Numbered from the stretch's first letter, positions 17,470 to 26,243 are shown. The stretch is DNA of 64,000 nucleotides from a bacterium (GCA_040390065.1 JAZJZE010000011.1:96001-160000), one strand, 5' to 3'. The notes: generated from the letters alone by a model not told the origin. Numbers and translations are program-made.

Positions 17470-19500
17470 ATGGCCGCAGCCGGCCTCACTATGCCATTCG
17501 AAAGGGCCGCACTCCGACGTGGCTCCGACCCAGCGACGACTGGCAACCACCGTGCTGCGGATGCTCGCCGGCGGCCTGGAATAAGCAACCGGCTCGAGCA
17601 GGACCGGCTTCTCCGGACAGCGGACACGCCTGTCCAAGTCTTGCGTCAATCGTCGCCGCCGACGCCGCAGCCAGGCGAAGAGGAAGCGCAGGCAGAAGTA
17701 CCTCGGACCGTAGCGACGCAAGCGTACGCGACGGACACGGAGGCATCCAATGCCCTGGCCAGGGGCGAAGAAGAGAACGCAGCTCAAGCTCTTCAGAACC
17801 TCCTTGCGGACGCCGACCACCCGGCCGAACTTGAGCGCCTGGCTCGCCACTACCGATACCGGGGCATGATGCTCCGGGGCGCCATAGGCTTGTTGCGCGA
17901 ACTCGCGTTCTGGAGGCAGAACCTACCTGAAAGGCGTCGTCAAGCCTGGAAAATTCTCAACGACCGGGGCCATCAACTTGGTCGACTTCCCATTGCAAAC
18001 CCCGCCGATGAGCTGCTCGACTTGTTGCAGGATCCGGCGGCGCAGGAGCGGGTCCGGCAAGCGACCCAAGTGCGCCGAACCGGGACGGCCGTCCCTCCCG
18101 GCCCCGCCAGGCCGCCCTCCACGTCCGAGCTTGCGCGCATCGCAGCTGCGCGCCGCGACATGCGCGCCGACCTCCTTGGAAGAATGGAGTTCGTGGCCGG
18201 ACGGCGCACTTCCTTGCCGCGGCCCGTCGGCAATCAGCGGCACCACCGAACGCATGACGGCCACGGACCCCGACGCGATGCCCCGGGAGCCGGCTGGACG
18301 ACCCCATGGGTCGATCTCCCGCTCCCGTCGACGGAGGCACAGGGCGCCCGCGACAGGGCTTGGCGTGCGCTCGAGAGGACGGCGGCCGAAAATATTCGAA
18401 CGGACGTCAACGTTTCGATCCTGGAAGCTGACACCGAAGTACGCAGGGTGATGGAAGACCTGCATTGGGACTCTTCCGATTGGCGCTACCGCCTCATCGT
18501 CCAATACTCCGGCGTCCGATACCAATCCGCACACGGAAGTTACCTCTCGCCCAGTCACCTGCTCGATGTGCTCCAGCACACCGAAGCCGGCACCCTTACC
18601 GAGCGGCCGGCACCGAGGCAGCCCCTCGAGGAGGTGGCCCTCGTCAATCCATCTCGGGACGAGGCGGTCGCGGAATTGCGGCGCCTGCGGGCACGCGGCG
18701 CGTTTTCGGATGCCGCCTGGCGAGACATCTTGCTGCGTGGCCATCTGGTTCCTCGCCCCGAGGACCGCCCAGCAATCCAATTGGCGGCTCCTGTGGAGCC
18801 TGCATGGTCCGCGGTCTTCATGCGGTGGGCGCAGGGCCAGACGACGCAGTGGCTGGCCGCGGTCCAGGCAAGCGGGCCCGGTACGATTGTGCTACCGACC
18901 GTCGTTTGCAACCAACTTGCCGAAATCGCACAGAGCTTCAGGGGCAATCAGCTAAGTGGGGGAATCACTGGGGATGCGCGGGACTATGCCGGGCGTGGCC
19001 TGCTCATGCCCGGACGGATGGCACGTCTTGAACCACGCACTTCCGGTCATGGCGTCTTCTTCGTGCACCCGGAATGGCTGGTGGATCGGCCCCCAAGCTA
19101 CTCAGTCGTACTGCTCCCGCCGTCAATATCGTTTGCCAATCTACGTGAGCCGAACGGCGCGGGCGAGCCGGCGGTGCAAAAACCCGGGTGGACGATTGTG
19201 CGCGATGACGGGCCCGTACGCCGGACCAGACTCGGGCCTTCTGGACTAGAAACGGAATGGGCTGCCTGGGCCCACGAAGCAACGGTGCTGGAAGTCATGC
19301 CGACCGGCGTCCTGCTGATGGAGACCACCGATCGGGCCCCGCTGCCCGGCCAGCCGACGCCCAGCGCAGGCGTCACCATGCGAAGCCAAGCCACATTGGC
19401 GGAGTTCAATTCCTATATCGGCTTCGCGGACCCCGCCGTGATCCGACGAGCCAGGAGGCGCCGGCGGTCGCCCGGAGGAGCTCACCGACGAAGTCAGTAA
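17470..19500 (+). CDS. Large hypothetical protein, candidate eCIS cargo with CHAP/NlpC-P60-like C-terminus
   Basis: 676 aa with disordered N-terminus. C-terminal motifs VCNQL, GDARDYA and AHEATVLEVMPTGVLLME resemble CHAP C / GNAxxW / GHVAxVExV..G....E. Confidence 0.6.
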   Translation: MAAAGLTMPFERAALRRGSDPATTGNHRAADARRRPGISNRLEQDRLLRTADTPVQVLRQSSPPTPQPGEEEAQAEVPRTVATQAYATDTEASNALARGEEENAAQALQNLLADADHPAELERLARHYRYRGMMLRGAIGLLRELAFWRQNLPERRRQAWKILNDRGHQLGRLPIANPADELLDLLQDPAAQERVRQATQVRRTGTAVPPGPARPPSTSELARIAAARRDMRADLLGRMEFVAGRRTSLPRPVGNQRHHRTHDGHGPRRDAPGAGWTTPWVDLPLPSTEAQGARDRAWRALERTAAENIRTDVNVSILEADTEVRRVMEDLHWDSSDWRYRLIVQYSGVRYQSAHGSYLSPSHLLDVLQHTEAGTLTERPAPRQPLEEVALVNPSRDEAVAELRRLRARGAFSDAAWRDILLRGHLVPRPEDRPAIQLAAPVEPAWSAVFMRWAQGQTTQWLAAVQASGPGTIVLPTVVCNQLAEIAQSFRGNQLSGGITGDARDYAGRGLLMPGRMARLEPRTSGHGVFFVHPEWLVDRPPSYSVVLLPPSISFANLREPNGAGEPAVQKPGWTIVRDDGPVRRTRLGPSGLETEWAAWAHEATVLEVMPTGVLLMETTDRAPLPGQPTPSAGVTMRSQATLAEFNSYIGFADPAVIRRARRRRRSPGGAHRRSQ

Positions 19501-19838
19501 GCGGGTCACGACGAGCGGAGATTGCCGCGAAGGGAACGGCCGCCCAGGACCTTGGAACTCTCCCTCGCAGGCTATCGCGAACGCCAAGGCGTTTCCGAGC
19601 ATACCGGAAATCTGCCGCCGTTGAATCCACCCCCCCGACGGCTCCTACCTGGGTAACTCCGATGTGGTGGGGCGAGATTCCTTGTGAGGGGATATCGCCG
19701 CCACCTGTTTGGGTGATTTCCATGGCTTGGTCTGGCCCGGCGTTTTGTACCTTCCATTTCCCACAAATCCGGCCAAGGTCTATTCCTAAGCTCTATGATT
19801 GCCAGGTGCCGCCGGGACGGTGGCGCGGGGATTGGCAC

Positions 19839-21200
19839 GTGGACTCCAACAAGAACCTGAACATTGCACTTGCCGGCCTGTTTGCCAGCCTCGCCTTGGC
19901 GGGCCCGATTGCATCGGCCCTCCCCGGCGACAACCAAGACCTGAGCCGCACGTTCTATGAGAACGCGGCCCGCGTGACCACGCCCGGGATCGGCTGGTTC
20001 CAGAACGTGCCCCATCAGGTCTGTCTGTTCGAGATCTTCGGAGTGCAGGCGCCGCTCGGCTTCTTCTACTACGAGAGCGCCCGCGTCTACACCAACGCCG
20101 GCACGTCGACGACCATCCCGCCGACCGTCCCGCCAGTGCCCCTGGCATGCCCGGCCGCCATCAACCCGGCCTGCAGCAACCCGGGCCCGGTCGACCCGTG
20201 CGCCATCCAAGTCGGCGGCGTCGCGCTCGCCGGTGGCCAGTTCATCAGCCAGGATGCCCTGCACTGCCTCAAGGACGCGGTCAACAACTGCTTCGCCGTC
20301 GCCGGCACGCAGGAGTGGACCCTGACCCGCTGCCCGTACGCGAGCATCGTCTACACGGCACCGATGGCCCAGGGCAAGGGCACCTTCGCGGGCACCCCCC
20401 TCGACGGCGTCCTCATGACGCCGGCCATCCACTGCGCCGCGGCGGCCGCAGCGGCGACATTTGACGCGACGGCCTACATCGACACCTTCGCCGATGGCTC
20501 GTCCGGCACGAGCTTCAACATCGTCCCGGTCTCCGACGTCGTCCCGAACGGCGCTGGCGACTCCTACGTCATCTCGTGCTACAACGTCGACAAACTCATC
20601 CTGTCGGGCGCGCCGATCACCTCGCACACCGATGTCGGTGAGGACTCCGAGTCGCACGACTGGGCGCTCGTTCTCGACGCCGCGGACACGGCGGCCAAAC
20701 ACCAGGCGGCCATCACGGCCCACCTGGGCGGCGGCAACCTGCAGGGCCTGTACGACCTCAGCGGCCAGAACGGCTGCGACGACTCGACGAGCGGATTCTT
20801 CGACGTCGATTCGGCCGGCGCGACCGTCCTCACGCCGTCCGGCAACGTCCCACTAGCCAGGGGCCCGGCTGTTTGTACGGACATGTGGAACCCCAACACT
20901 GGGAGGGTGACGACGCCATGCCCAGCCATGTTCTGCGATGGAGGGATAATTCACGTGGGCGCTTTTGGCGACCCAGCGAACACGGGAAGCGTCATCGGAG
21001 TCCTAGAGTGCGGAGGCCCCGCTCCGACATCCCTTTCGGCAACCGCCACGGTTGGAGCCCCAGCCTACCGTGGTACGGCCCTTAGCCAGGGACCGTTGTT
21101 TGGTGTTTCGCCTCAATGCACTCGCCCTGCGGGTGCGGCAGGCGGAACCCTTCCGAACAGCGCGTCAACTGGCTGGATTGTTCGGTGCGCAATCGTATAA
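19839..21200 (+). CDS. Secreted Cys-rich hypothetical protein
   Basis: Start GTG 19839. Signal peptide MDSNKNLNIALAGLFASLALAGPIASA; many Cys; strong C/G third-position codon bias over the first three quarters. Confidence 0.8.
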   Translation: MDSNKNLNIALAGLFASLALAGPIASALPGDNQDLSRTFYENAARVTTPGIGWFQNVPHQVCLFEIFGVQAPLGFFYYESARVYTNAGTSTTIPPTVPPVPLACPAAINPACSNPGPVDPCAIQVGGVALAGGQFISQDALHCLKDAVNNCFAVAGTQEWTLTRCPYASIVYTAPMAQGKGTFAGTPLDGVLMTPAIHCAAAAAAATFDATAYIDTFADGSSGTSFNIVPVSDVVPNGAGDSYVISCYNVDKLILSGAPITSHTDVGEDSESHDWALVLDAADTAAKHQAAITAHLGGGNLQGLYDLSGQNGCDDSTSGFFDVDSAGATVLTPSGNVPLARGPAVCTDMWNPNTGRVTTPCPAMFCDGGIIHVGAFGDPANTGSVIGVLECGGPAPTSLSATATVGAPAYRGTALSQGPLFGVSPQCTRPAGAAGGTLPNSASTGWIVRCAIV

Positions 21201-21208
21201 CCATCATT

Positions 21209-21532
21209 TCAGGACGCGCCGCCTTCTTCGTAAGTCCACATCCCGGGTCGGAGTTCACCCCTGGTCCATCCGACTTGTAAGTCGGTGCCACGATCCGTCC
21301 TGGCTAGGTGACGGAGTTGGAGCCGGGGGGATTCGTGTTCGAATCGGTGCGCCTCGATGGCGATTTCGACCGTCGCCAGCGCATGTTCTGCTTCTTCGGG
21401 CGTGGGTGGGCCATCTCCGTGCATGACGCGATTGCGGACGTGCTTTAGTTGCCGTAGATCGGCAAGCATGGCTTCGGATATTCTGCCGGTTCCGGAGGCC
21501 CGTGCTTGGCTTACTGTCCCCGTTGCGACCGT
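21209..21532 (-). pseudogene. Probable 5'-truncated HEPN-domain remnant
   Basis: GRISEAMLADLRQLKHVRNRVMHG...PTPEEAEHAL contains the HEPN RxxxxH motif (RNRVMH). The frame is closed upstream by TAG at 21533-21535. Confidence 0.5.
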
Positions 21533-21573
21533 CTAGCCGGATGGTCCGGCCAGTTGACCGCGGCTGCACCGTA

Positions 21574-22473
21574 CTATATGCCGGCCCTTCGCGACAGCCA
21601 ATGAGTATGCTCACGGCTGAGCGTGCGCTCCACCTCGAGAACATAGGCTCCCAGCTCCTGCGATGTGGCAGGCGCGCCGTACTCAATCTCCAGGCGACCA
21701 AGGTCGTGGGCCACTACGCTATAAGTGGTCGCAAGCCGACGGAAATCCCTGGCCTGGACCCATGCAAGGGCGGCGGTCGATGCTGTGGTGATTGCACCCA
21801 TAGCATCGAGCACAAGGCCCAGCGCCAGAGCCAGGACGGCAAATACCATTGCAATGGCTTCTGAACTGAATCCAATCCAGCCCCACCGCCTTCCATTTCG
21901 CTGATGAATGGTGGCTCGCGTGGCATACCAGTTGCGCTGCTCGTGCGCGCGATGGGCAAGGTAGTATGTGCTTCGCTCCCCGACGGATGCAGCTCGTACG
22001 GACATCATGGCGCTAGTTAGTTGCAGCTTGTCAAAGGATGGCGTCTCGGCTAAGATTCCAAAAACGTCATGGTTGGATTCCACCAGAATGGCCATTCGCC
22101 TTGCAAAGGAACGGACGGCGCCCGCGTCATGGTAGGGTTCGGCCTTCATCATGAACAGCCACGATTCGACCTTGACGGACTCAGCCAGGGCCCGGGACTG
22201 GAACCACCGTTCTTCGAATCGTTCAATAAGTCGCGCCAATCGAAACAACAGAGTGAGAATGAGCAAGACTAGCACGACGGCAGCCACTAAGCGCCGGGAA
22301 TTTCCTTCGCCCAGGAGACCAGCCAACGTGAACGCACTGGTCGCGGCAGCCGCCACTAGAGCGATGAGTTCAGCCCTGACAAAACGAAAATGCCGTGCCT
22401 GTTCTCGACGCGCCGCCGCGTCGGCAGCGTCATAGAGCGACGGGTAGTCTGGAATCTCCGCTAGTAACGCCAC
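21574..22473 (-). CDS. SLATT-family (DUF4231-like, tandem SLATT domains) membrane effector
   Basis: Two 2-TM modules. LYDAADAAA...Q, ERWFQSRALAESVK..SWLFMM..EPY, YLAHRAHEQRNWY, F..LATTY...AHDL, VERTLSREHTHW. Confidence 0.85.
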   Translation of the reverse strand: MALLAEIPDYPSLYDAADAAARREQARHFRFVRAELIALVAAAATSAFTLAGLLGEGNSRRLVAAVVLVLLILTLLFRLARLIERFEERWFQSRALAESVKVESWLFMMKAEPYHDAGAVRSFARRMAILVESNHDVFGILAETPSFDKLQLTSAMMSVRAASVGERSTYYLAHRAHEQRNWYATRATIHQRNGRRWGWIGFSSEAIAMVFAVLALALGLVLDAMGAITTASTAALAWVQARDFRRLATTYSVVAHDLGRLEIEYGAPATSQELGAYVLEVERTLSREHTHWLSRRAGI

Positions 22474-22565
22474 GATTACGGCAATTGGTTCGACGACTTC
22501 GTTCTATCGGATGGCATGCCGGCCGAAAAACGTGACGGGCAACGGCCACTGGTCATGGGCCTGAA

Positions 22566-23723
22566 TCAACGCCAGATTGCGCCATCTTGGATTGGAATCA
22601 GTTGGTTGGCCGTCAGGGGGGAAACGGATAGGTTCTCGCGCGACCCGATGACCCGGAGACTGAGCGAGAAACTGGGGTCATCGCCCAGATGCTGTACTAC
22701 AAGCCTTGCTCGCTCGGCCGAATGCGCGGCGACCCGTGGCCCCCCTGCGCTAAACAGTTGGGCCGCTGCTAGGACTCCCCACGTGTAGGCTCCGCCAATC
22801 ACAATCAGCTTCGCATGAGGCGATCCCGAAAGTCGCCGTTTGGTGAAAAGAAGCGTATCCTCTACTTGTTCACGCCCCGGCTTGTGTATCACCTCGGCCA
22901 TAAGTGGTGCCCCGCGCTCTCGATCAAAGATGGCCACATCGTGGTCGTTCGGGTAGGAATAGGCGAAGGGGGTCTGGCCTTCGAACCATTTGGCCAGCGG
23001 ATTGCGGTCTGGACCCCCAATGAGGACGAGGTGCGAGTCTTGCCAGTCCTGGGGAAGAGCAGATGTGCTGTCTGCCTGGACGGATTCAATTTCCGTCGTG
23101 GGGAACAGCCTCGCGATGGTTTCCCGAATCGTGACCAATGCGTCAAGGTCCCCAAACTTCCGCAGCCGAATGTAGTCTTCGAACCTCACCGAACTACCCG
23201 CTTCGGGCAGCCGCGAGCAGACGAGGTATACCTTGGGGCAGGTCTCCAGGGCCCACAGCCTGCGAAGGTAGAAGTCCCGCGGATGGGACTTTTCCAGGAA
23301 ATCATGGATTGTCCTGACCAGGGCCGCGATGGGCTCTCCGTGATGCGAACCGCGCAGGTTGGTGTACCATACCGACACGACCCCGCCAAGATTGCTCGGT
23401 ATCTCATTTTTGCCAGACGAATTGTGCTTAATGAGGACAATGCGTTTCCGGAGCGCGATGGCGATTCCGCATTCAATGAGTACATTCTGGTTGTTCTCAC
23501 TGATGTCCAAGATGCACAGGTCTGAAGAGGAGATTGCCGCTTCAATCCCGTTCAAGAGCAAATCGCCGGCCGGAAAGTCGCCATATTCGATAGAGACTTT
23601 TGCCATCGGCGCGGCGCGGGCTTGTATCGCGCTTCCGAATGCTATTCTATCAGCGGAATCATGATACTTGGAGTCGTGCTGGAAGCCCATGAAGATCTTT
23701 ACGGCTGGCGTTCCACTAGTCAT
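22566..23723 (-). CDS. Nucleoside 2-deoxyribosyltransferase/TIR-like N-terminal domain fused to an unknown alpha/beta domain
   Basis: AAISSSDLCILDISENNQNVLIECGIAIALRKRIVLIK...IPSNLGG matches the NDT-like D.S..N.NV..E.G.A.A..K motif. C-terminus has FGDLDAL, LVLIGGPDRN, GGAYTWGV. Start ATG 23723 overlaps the upstream stop. Confidence 0.7.
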   Translation of the reverse strand: MTSGTPAVKIFMGFQHDSKYHDSADRIAFGSAIQARAAPMAKVSIEYGDFPAGDLLLNGIEAAISSSDLCILDISENNQNVLIECGIAIALRKRIVLIKHNSSGKNEIPSNLGGVVSVWYTNLRGSHHGEPIAALVRTIHDFLEKSHPRDFYLRRLWALETCPKVYLVCSRLPEAGSSVRFEDYIRLRKFGDLDALVTIRETIARLFPTTEIESVQADSTSALPQDWQDSHLVLIGGPDRNPLAKWFEGQTPFAYSYPNDHDVAIFDRERGAPLMAEVIHKPGREQVEDTLLFTKRRLSGSPHAKLIVIGGAYTWGVLAAAQLFSAGGPRVAAHSAERARLVVQHLGDDPSFSLSLRVIGSRENLSVSPLTANQLIPIQDGAIWR

Positions 23724-24378
23724 CGTCCGCTCCAAAGGCAAGTGTATTGCGGAGGCGCCCGCGCCACGCGTCAATCGGCGTCTGCTCGTTCACGGCCAGT
23801 ACGATGGTACGAGGCGGAACGTCCTTGGTCACGATTGCCCCAGCTGCGACGTAGGAGTGGGATCCGACGCTGACGGGCCCAATTACCATTGCACCCGTTG
23901 CGATGAAGACTTGGTCGCCAATTGTCGGGGCTGGCTCGTCGTAGTCGTCCCAGTTGATGTGAGGCGAGTCATGGCGGTGCAGCAATGAGCCGGAGATTCG
24001 GCTATTGCGACCCACGACGCTGCGCTCGGCGAGGAAGCCTGCAAGGACGCAGCCTGGACCAATCTCGGCGTTGGCCCCGACCCGGGCGCCTTGAACGACG
24101 AAGCTGCCAGCTCCAATGTGGGCTCCGGTTTCTATGGTGGCGTGATCCTCGATTGAGACCCCTGTCCCAAGGGTGCAACCTCTCTCGATTAGCACGTGGG
24201 TTCCGATGTAAACGTAATCTCCAATCGTGGTAACGGGCGCGATGTCGCGCGGTCGCCCCGTGGAGGAGCGCGAAGGCCTAGGGGGCTTTCCTACCACGCT
24301 GAATTCCGAAATTGTGGCGTCCTTTCCTAGGATGGTGCCTGGGTACACTCGGGCCTGCGAGTCTACTGGCCTTAGCAT
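23716..24378 (-). CDS. Hexapeptide-repeat (left-handed beta-helix) acyltransferase
   Basis: Repeated [IV]G..[VA].I hexapeptides; PTIGDQVFIATGAMVIGPVSVG...AAGAIVTKDVP. Confidence 0.88.
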   Translation of the reverse strand: MLRPVDSQARVYPGTILGKDATISEFSVVGKPPRPSRSSTGRPRDIAPVTTIGDYVYIGTHVLIERGCTLGTGVSIEDHATIETGAHIGAGSFVVQGARVGANAEIGPGCVLAGFLAERSVVGRNSRISGSLLHRHDSPHINWDDYDEPAPTIGDQVFIATGAMVIGPVSVGSHSYVAAGAIVTKDVPPRTIVLAVNEQTPIDAWRGRLRNTLAFGADDD

Positions 24379-25418
24379 GCAACTCCTCCTGGGTCATGTG
24401 AGACGGTCATCCAGGCCTTGGTTAGCAACGCGTTCCATCTTGGTCCGCTGTCAATTAGGGACTCGAATTCCTTGGAAAATTCCCATGGATCTTGCTTGTT
24501 GAGGTGCCCGCGCAAGGCTGTCAGGACGCGTTCTCGGACGGCTTGATGCGGCTCAGGCATGGGGAGCCCAGCCAGGACTTCGAGTTGGCGCTTTCGCCCT
24601 TCCAGTACGCCGGCCCAGAACCGCTCGGACCTAATTTTGGCCCTCTGCCTTGGGAGCCTAATGGAGGATAGGCCATTCCACATGACCTCGCCCGGCTCTT
24701 GCGCAAGCGCCTTGGGGATTGCCTCCGCGAATGGGTCGTAGTCCAATTGAGTGACTTTACCGACCGAGACCGGCCTTTGGCCGCCATTTTGCATGTAGAT
24801 CCAAACCCAATCCTCGTTGTAGTAATTCGAGAATGCCTGCTGCGCGTCGCGGGGCCGCAGGGCCAAGCATGAGGCCGACATGAAGGGTGGCGGCGGTTGA
24901 CCGCCTGCCCTGAACAGGTGGCCGACGACCGAGTGGTCCGGCATTCCGGTGATTGCAACGCCAGCCAGGCGACTGCTGGCGAGCGACGCAAGCAGTTCAT
25001 GGAAAAGGGAGGGGCGGCTGGGAAGGATATCGTCGTCCACCATAATGAGTTGGTCGGCGCCCACGCTCGCCGCAAGCAGTAACAGGTAGTTGCGCCCTCG
25101 GCCAAGCGTCCATCCGGCTTGTCCGAGGCACGACACGAAATCCTGCGCGTCTGGAGATACGTTTGCCAAGAGCTCTTGTTGGCTCCGCGCGTCGTGATGC
25201 TTGATTCCCAGCGCTTGGCAGGTCCATTGATTTTTCGCGTGGCTGGACTGTTGTGTCGAATCGTCCACAACGATTGTGGGGACACCGGCCGCTGCGATTT
25301 TCGGGAGCGCTTGCGTGAGGCGATGCGGTCTGTCCTTTGTCATGACAAGGCACAACGCACGCTTGTTGGTGAGCTGCCGGGCCCCGCCCGTCGGCGATTG
25401 GGCCATCGCATCATTCAT
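24372..25418 (-). CDS. GT-A fold glycosyltransferase (family 2-like)
   Basis: TKDRP..L, IVVDDS, GRGRN, MVDDDI (DxD), YYNEDW. Confidence 0.75.
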   Translation of the reverse strand: MNDAMAQSPTGGARQLTNKRALCLVMTKDRPHRLTQALPKIAAAGVPTIVVDDSTQQSSHAKNQWTCQALGIKHHDARSQQELLANVSPDAQDFVSCLGQAGWTLGRGRNYLLLLAASVGADQLIMVDDDILPSRPSLFHELLASLASSRLAGVAITGMPDHSVVGHLFRAGGQPPPPFMSASCLALRPRDAQQAFSNYYNEDWVWIYMQNGGQRPVSVGKVTQLDYDPFAEAIPKALAQEPGEVMWNGLSSIRLPRQRAKIRSERFWAGVLEGRKRQLEVLAGLPMPEPHQAVRERVLTALRGHLNKQDPWEFSKEFESLIDSGPRWNALLTKAWMTVSHDPGGVAC

Positions 25419-25634
25419 GCGTCGGCAAGGGCGCCTGGGAAAATAGCCTCATCTCTTGGCCGGGGCGGCGCGTAGACGTTCGGCGACTCGGCTACCAATG
25501 CACCCGATAACGGACTGCCTGACGCGTCCGGCGGCCGCTTAGCACTATCCCTCGTCGGGATACTCTCCTGGCGGGAATTTTCTGGTTTGCAAATGATATA
25601 GAAGGACGTCACGTCTCGCAGATCGAGGATTGCC

Positions 25635-26243
25635 ATGGGCCGGTCTACTGAATTCCGACGTGAACTCGATCGCGCGCTCGATGCACGGACTCGCTGGCTT
25701 CGCGCCGTACTGGACAATCCGGACCTCGAGCCGACCGACCGGCTACCGCGTGACAAGGTTCACAAGATTGTGTTTCACATGCAGCGGCTGGCGTCGCAGG
25801 CCCTGTCAAGTCGCCTTACTCACCGCGAATTCCGCGCGCACACAGAGCCTGTCCTCCGATGGCGCGTCACAGCAGGGAAGGGGCGAGGCCCGGATCAAAA
25901 GAAAGCGGCGTTCAAGGCCTGGTACCGACAGACCGTTCGTCGGTCGAATTGCATCTACGTCTTCCGAAGCGGAAATCGTGCCGTCTACGTCGGCAAGACG
26001 ACAATTGGTGCCAGCCGCCCAGCCAGCCATTTCTCACAGCACTGGTTCTCCGGAATCACGCACGTCGATCTTCATCCGGTCAGGGGAACGAGACCATTGC
26101 CGGCACTTGAGTGCCTGGCAATTCACAAGTTTGAACCCAGCCGGAACAAGGTGGCTGCGGAAACAAGAAAGTGGACGAGCAAATGTCCCCTGTGCGAGAT
26201 TCACGAGGAAATCGACGAGCAGTTGCGCGACATCGTGCGATAG
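25635..26243 (+). CDS. GIY-YIG nuclease family protein
   Basis: CIYVF....AVYVGKT.....RPASHF...LECLAIHKFEPSRN retains Y/Y-G/R/E/N catalytic positions; C-terminal CPLC. Confidence 0.8.
   Translation: MGRSTEFRRELDRALDARTRWLRAVLDNPDLEPTDRLPRDKVHKIVFHMQRLASQALSSRLTHREFRAHTEPVLRWRVTAGKGRGPDQKKAAFKAWYRQTVRRSNCIYVFRSGNRAVYVGKTTIGASRPASHFSQHWFSGITHVDLHPVRGTRPLPALECLAIHKFEPSRNKVAAETRKWTSKCPLCEIHEEIDEQLRDIVR

Noticed and set aside
19839-21200. Diversity-generating retroelement target
   Set aside because: No template repeat or reverse transcriptase seen in the window; the codon shift is better explained by recombination.
21574-25418. CBASS, Thoeris, Pycsar or retron assignment
   Set aside because: No CD-NTase, SIR2/Macro ThsA, cyclase or reverse transcriptase motifs in the operon or its neighbours.
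25415-25756. 113-aa minus ORF overlapping the GT start (ATGA)
   Set aside because: It overlaps the GIY-YIG gene on the opposite strand and spans the probable divergent promoter; no protein-like features.
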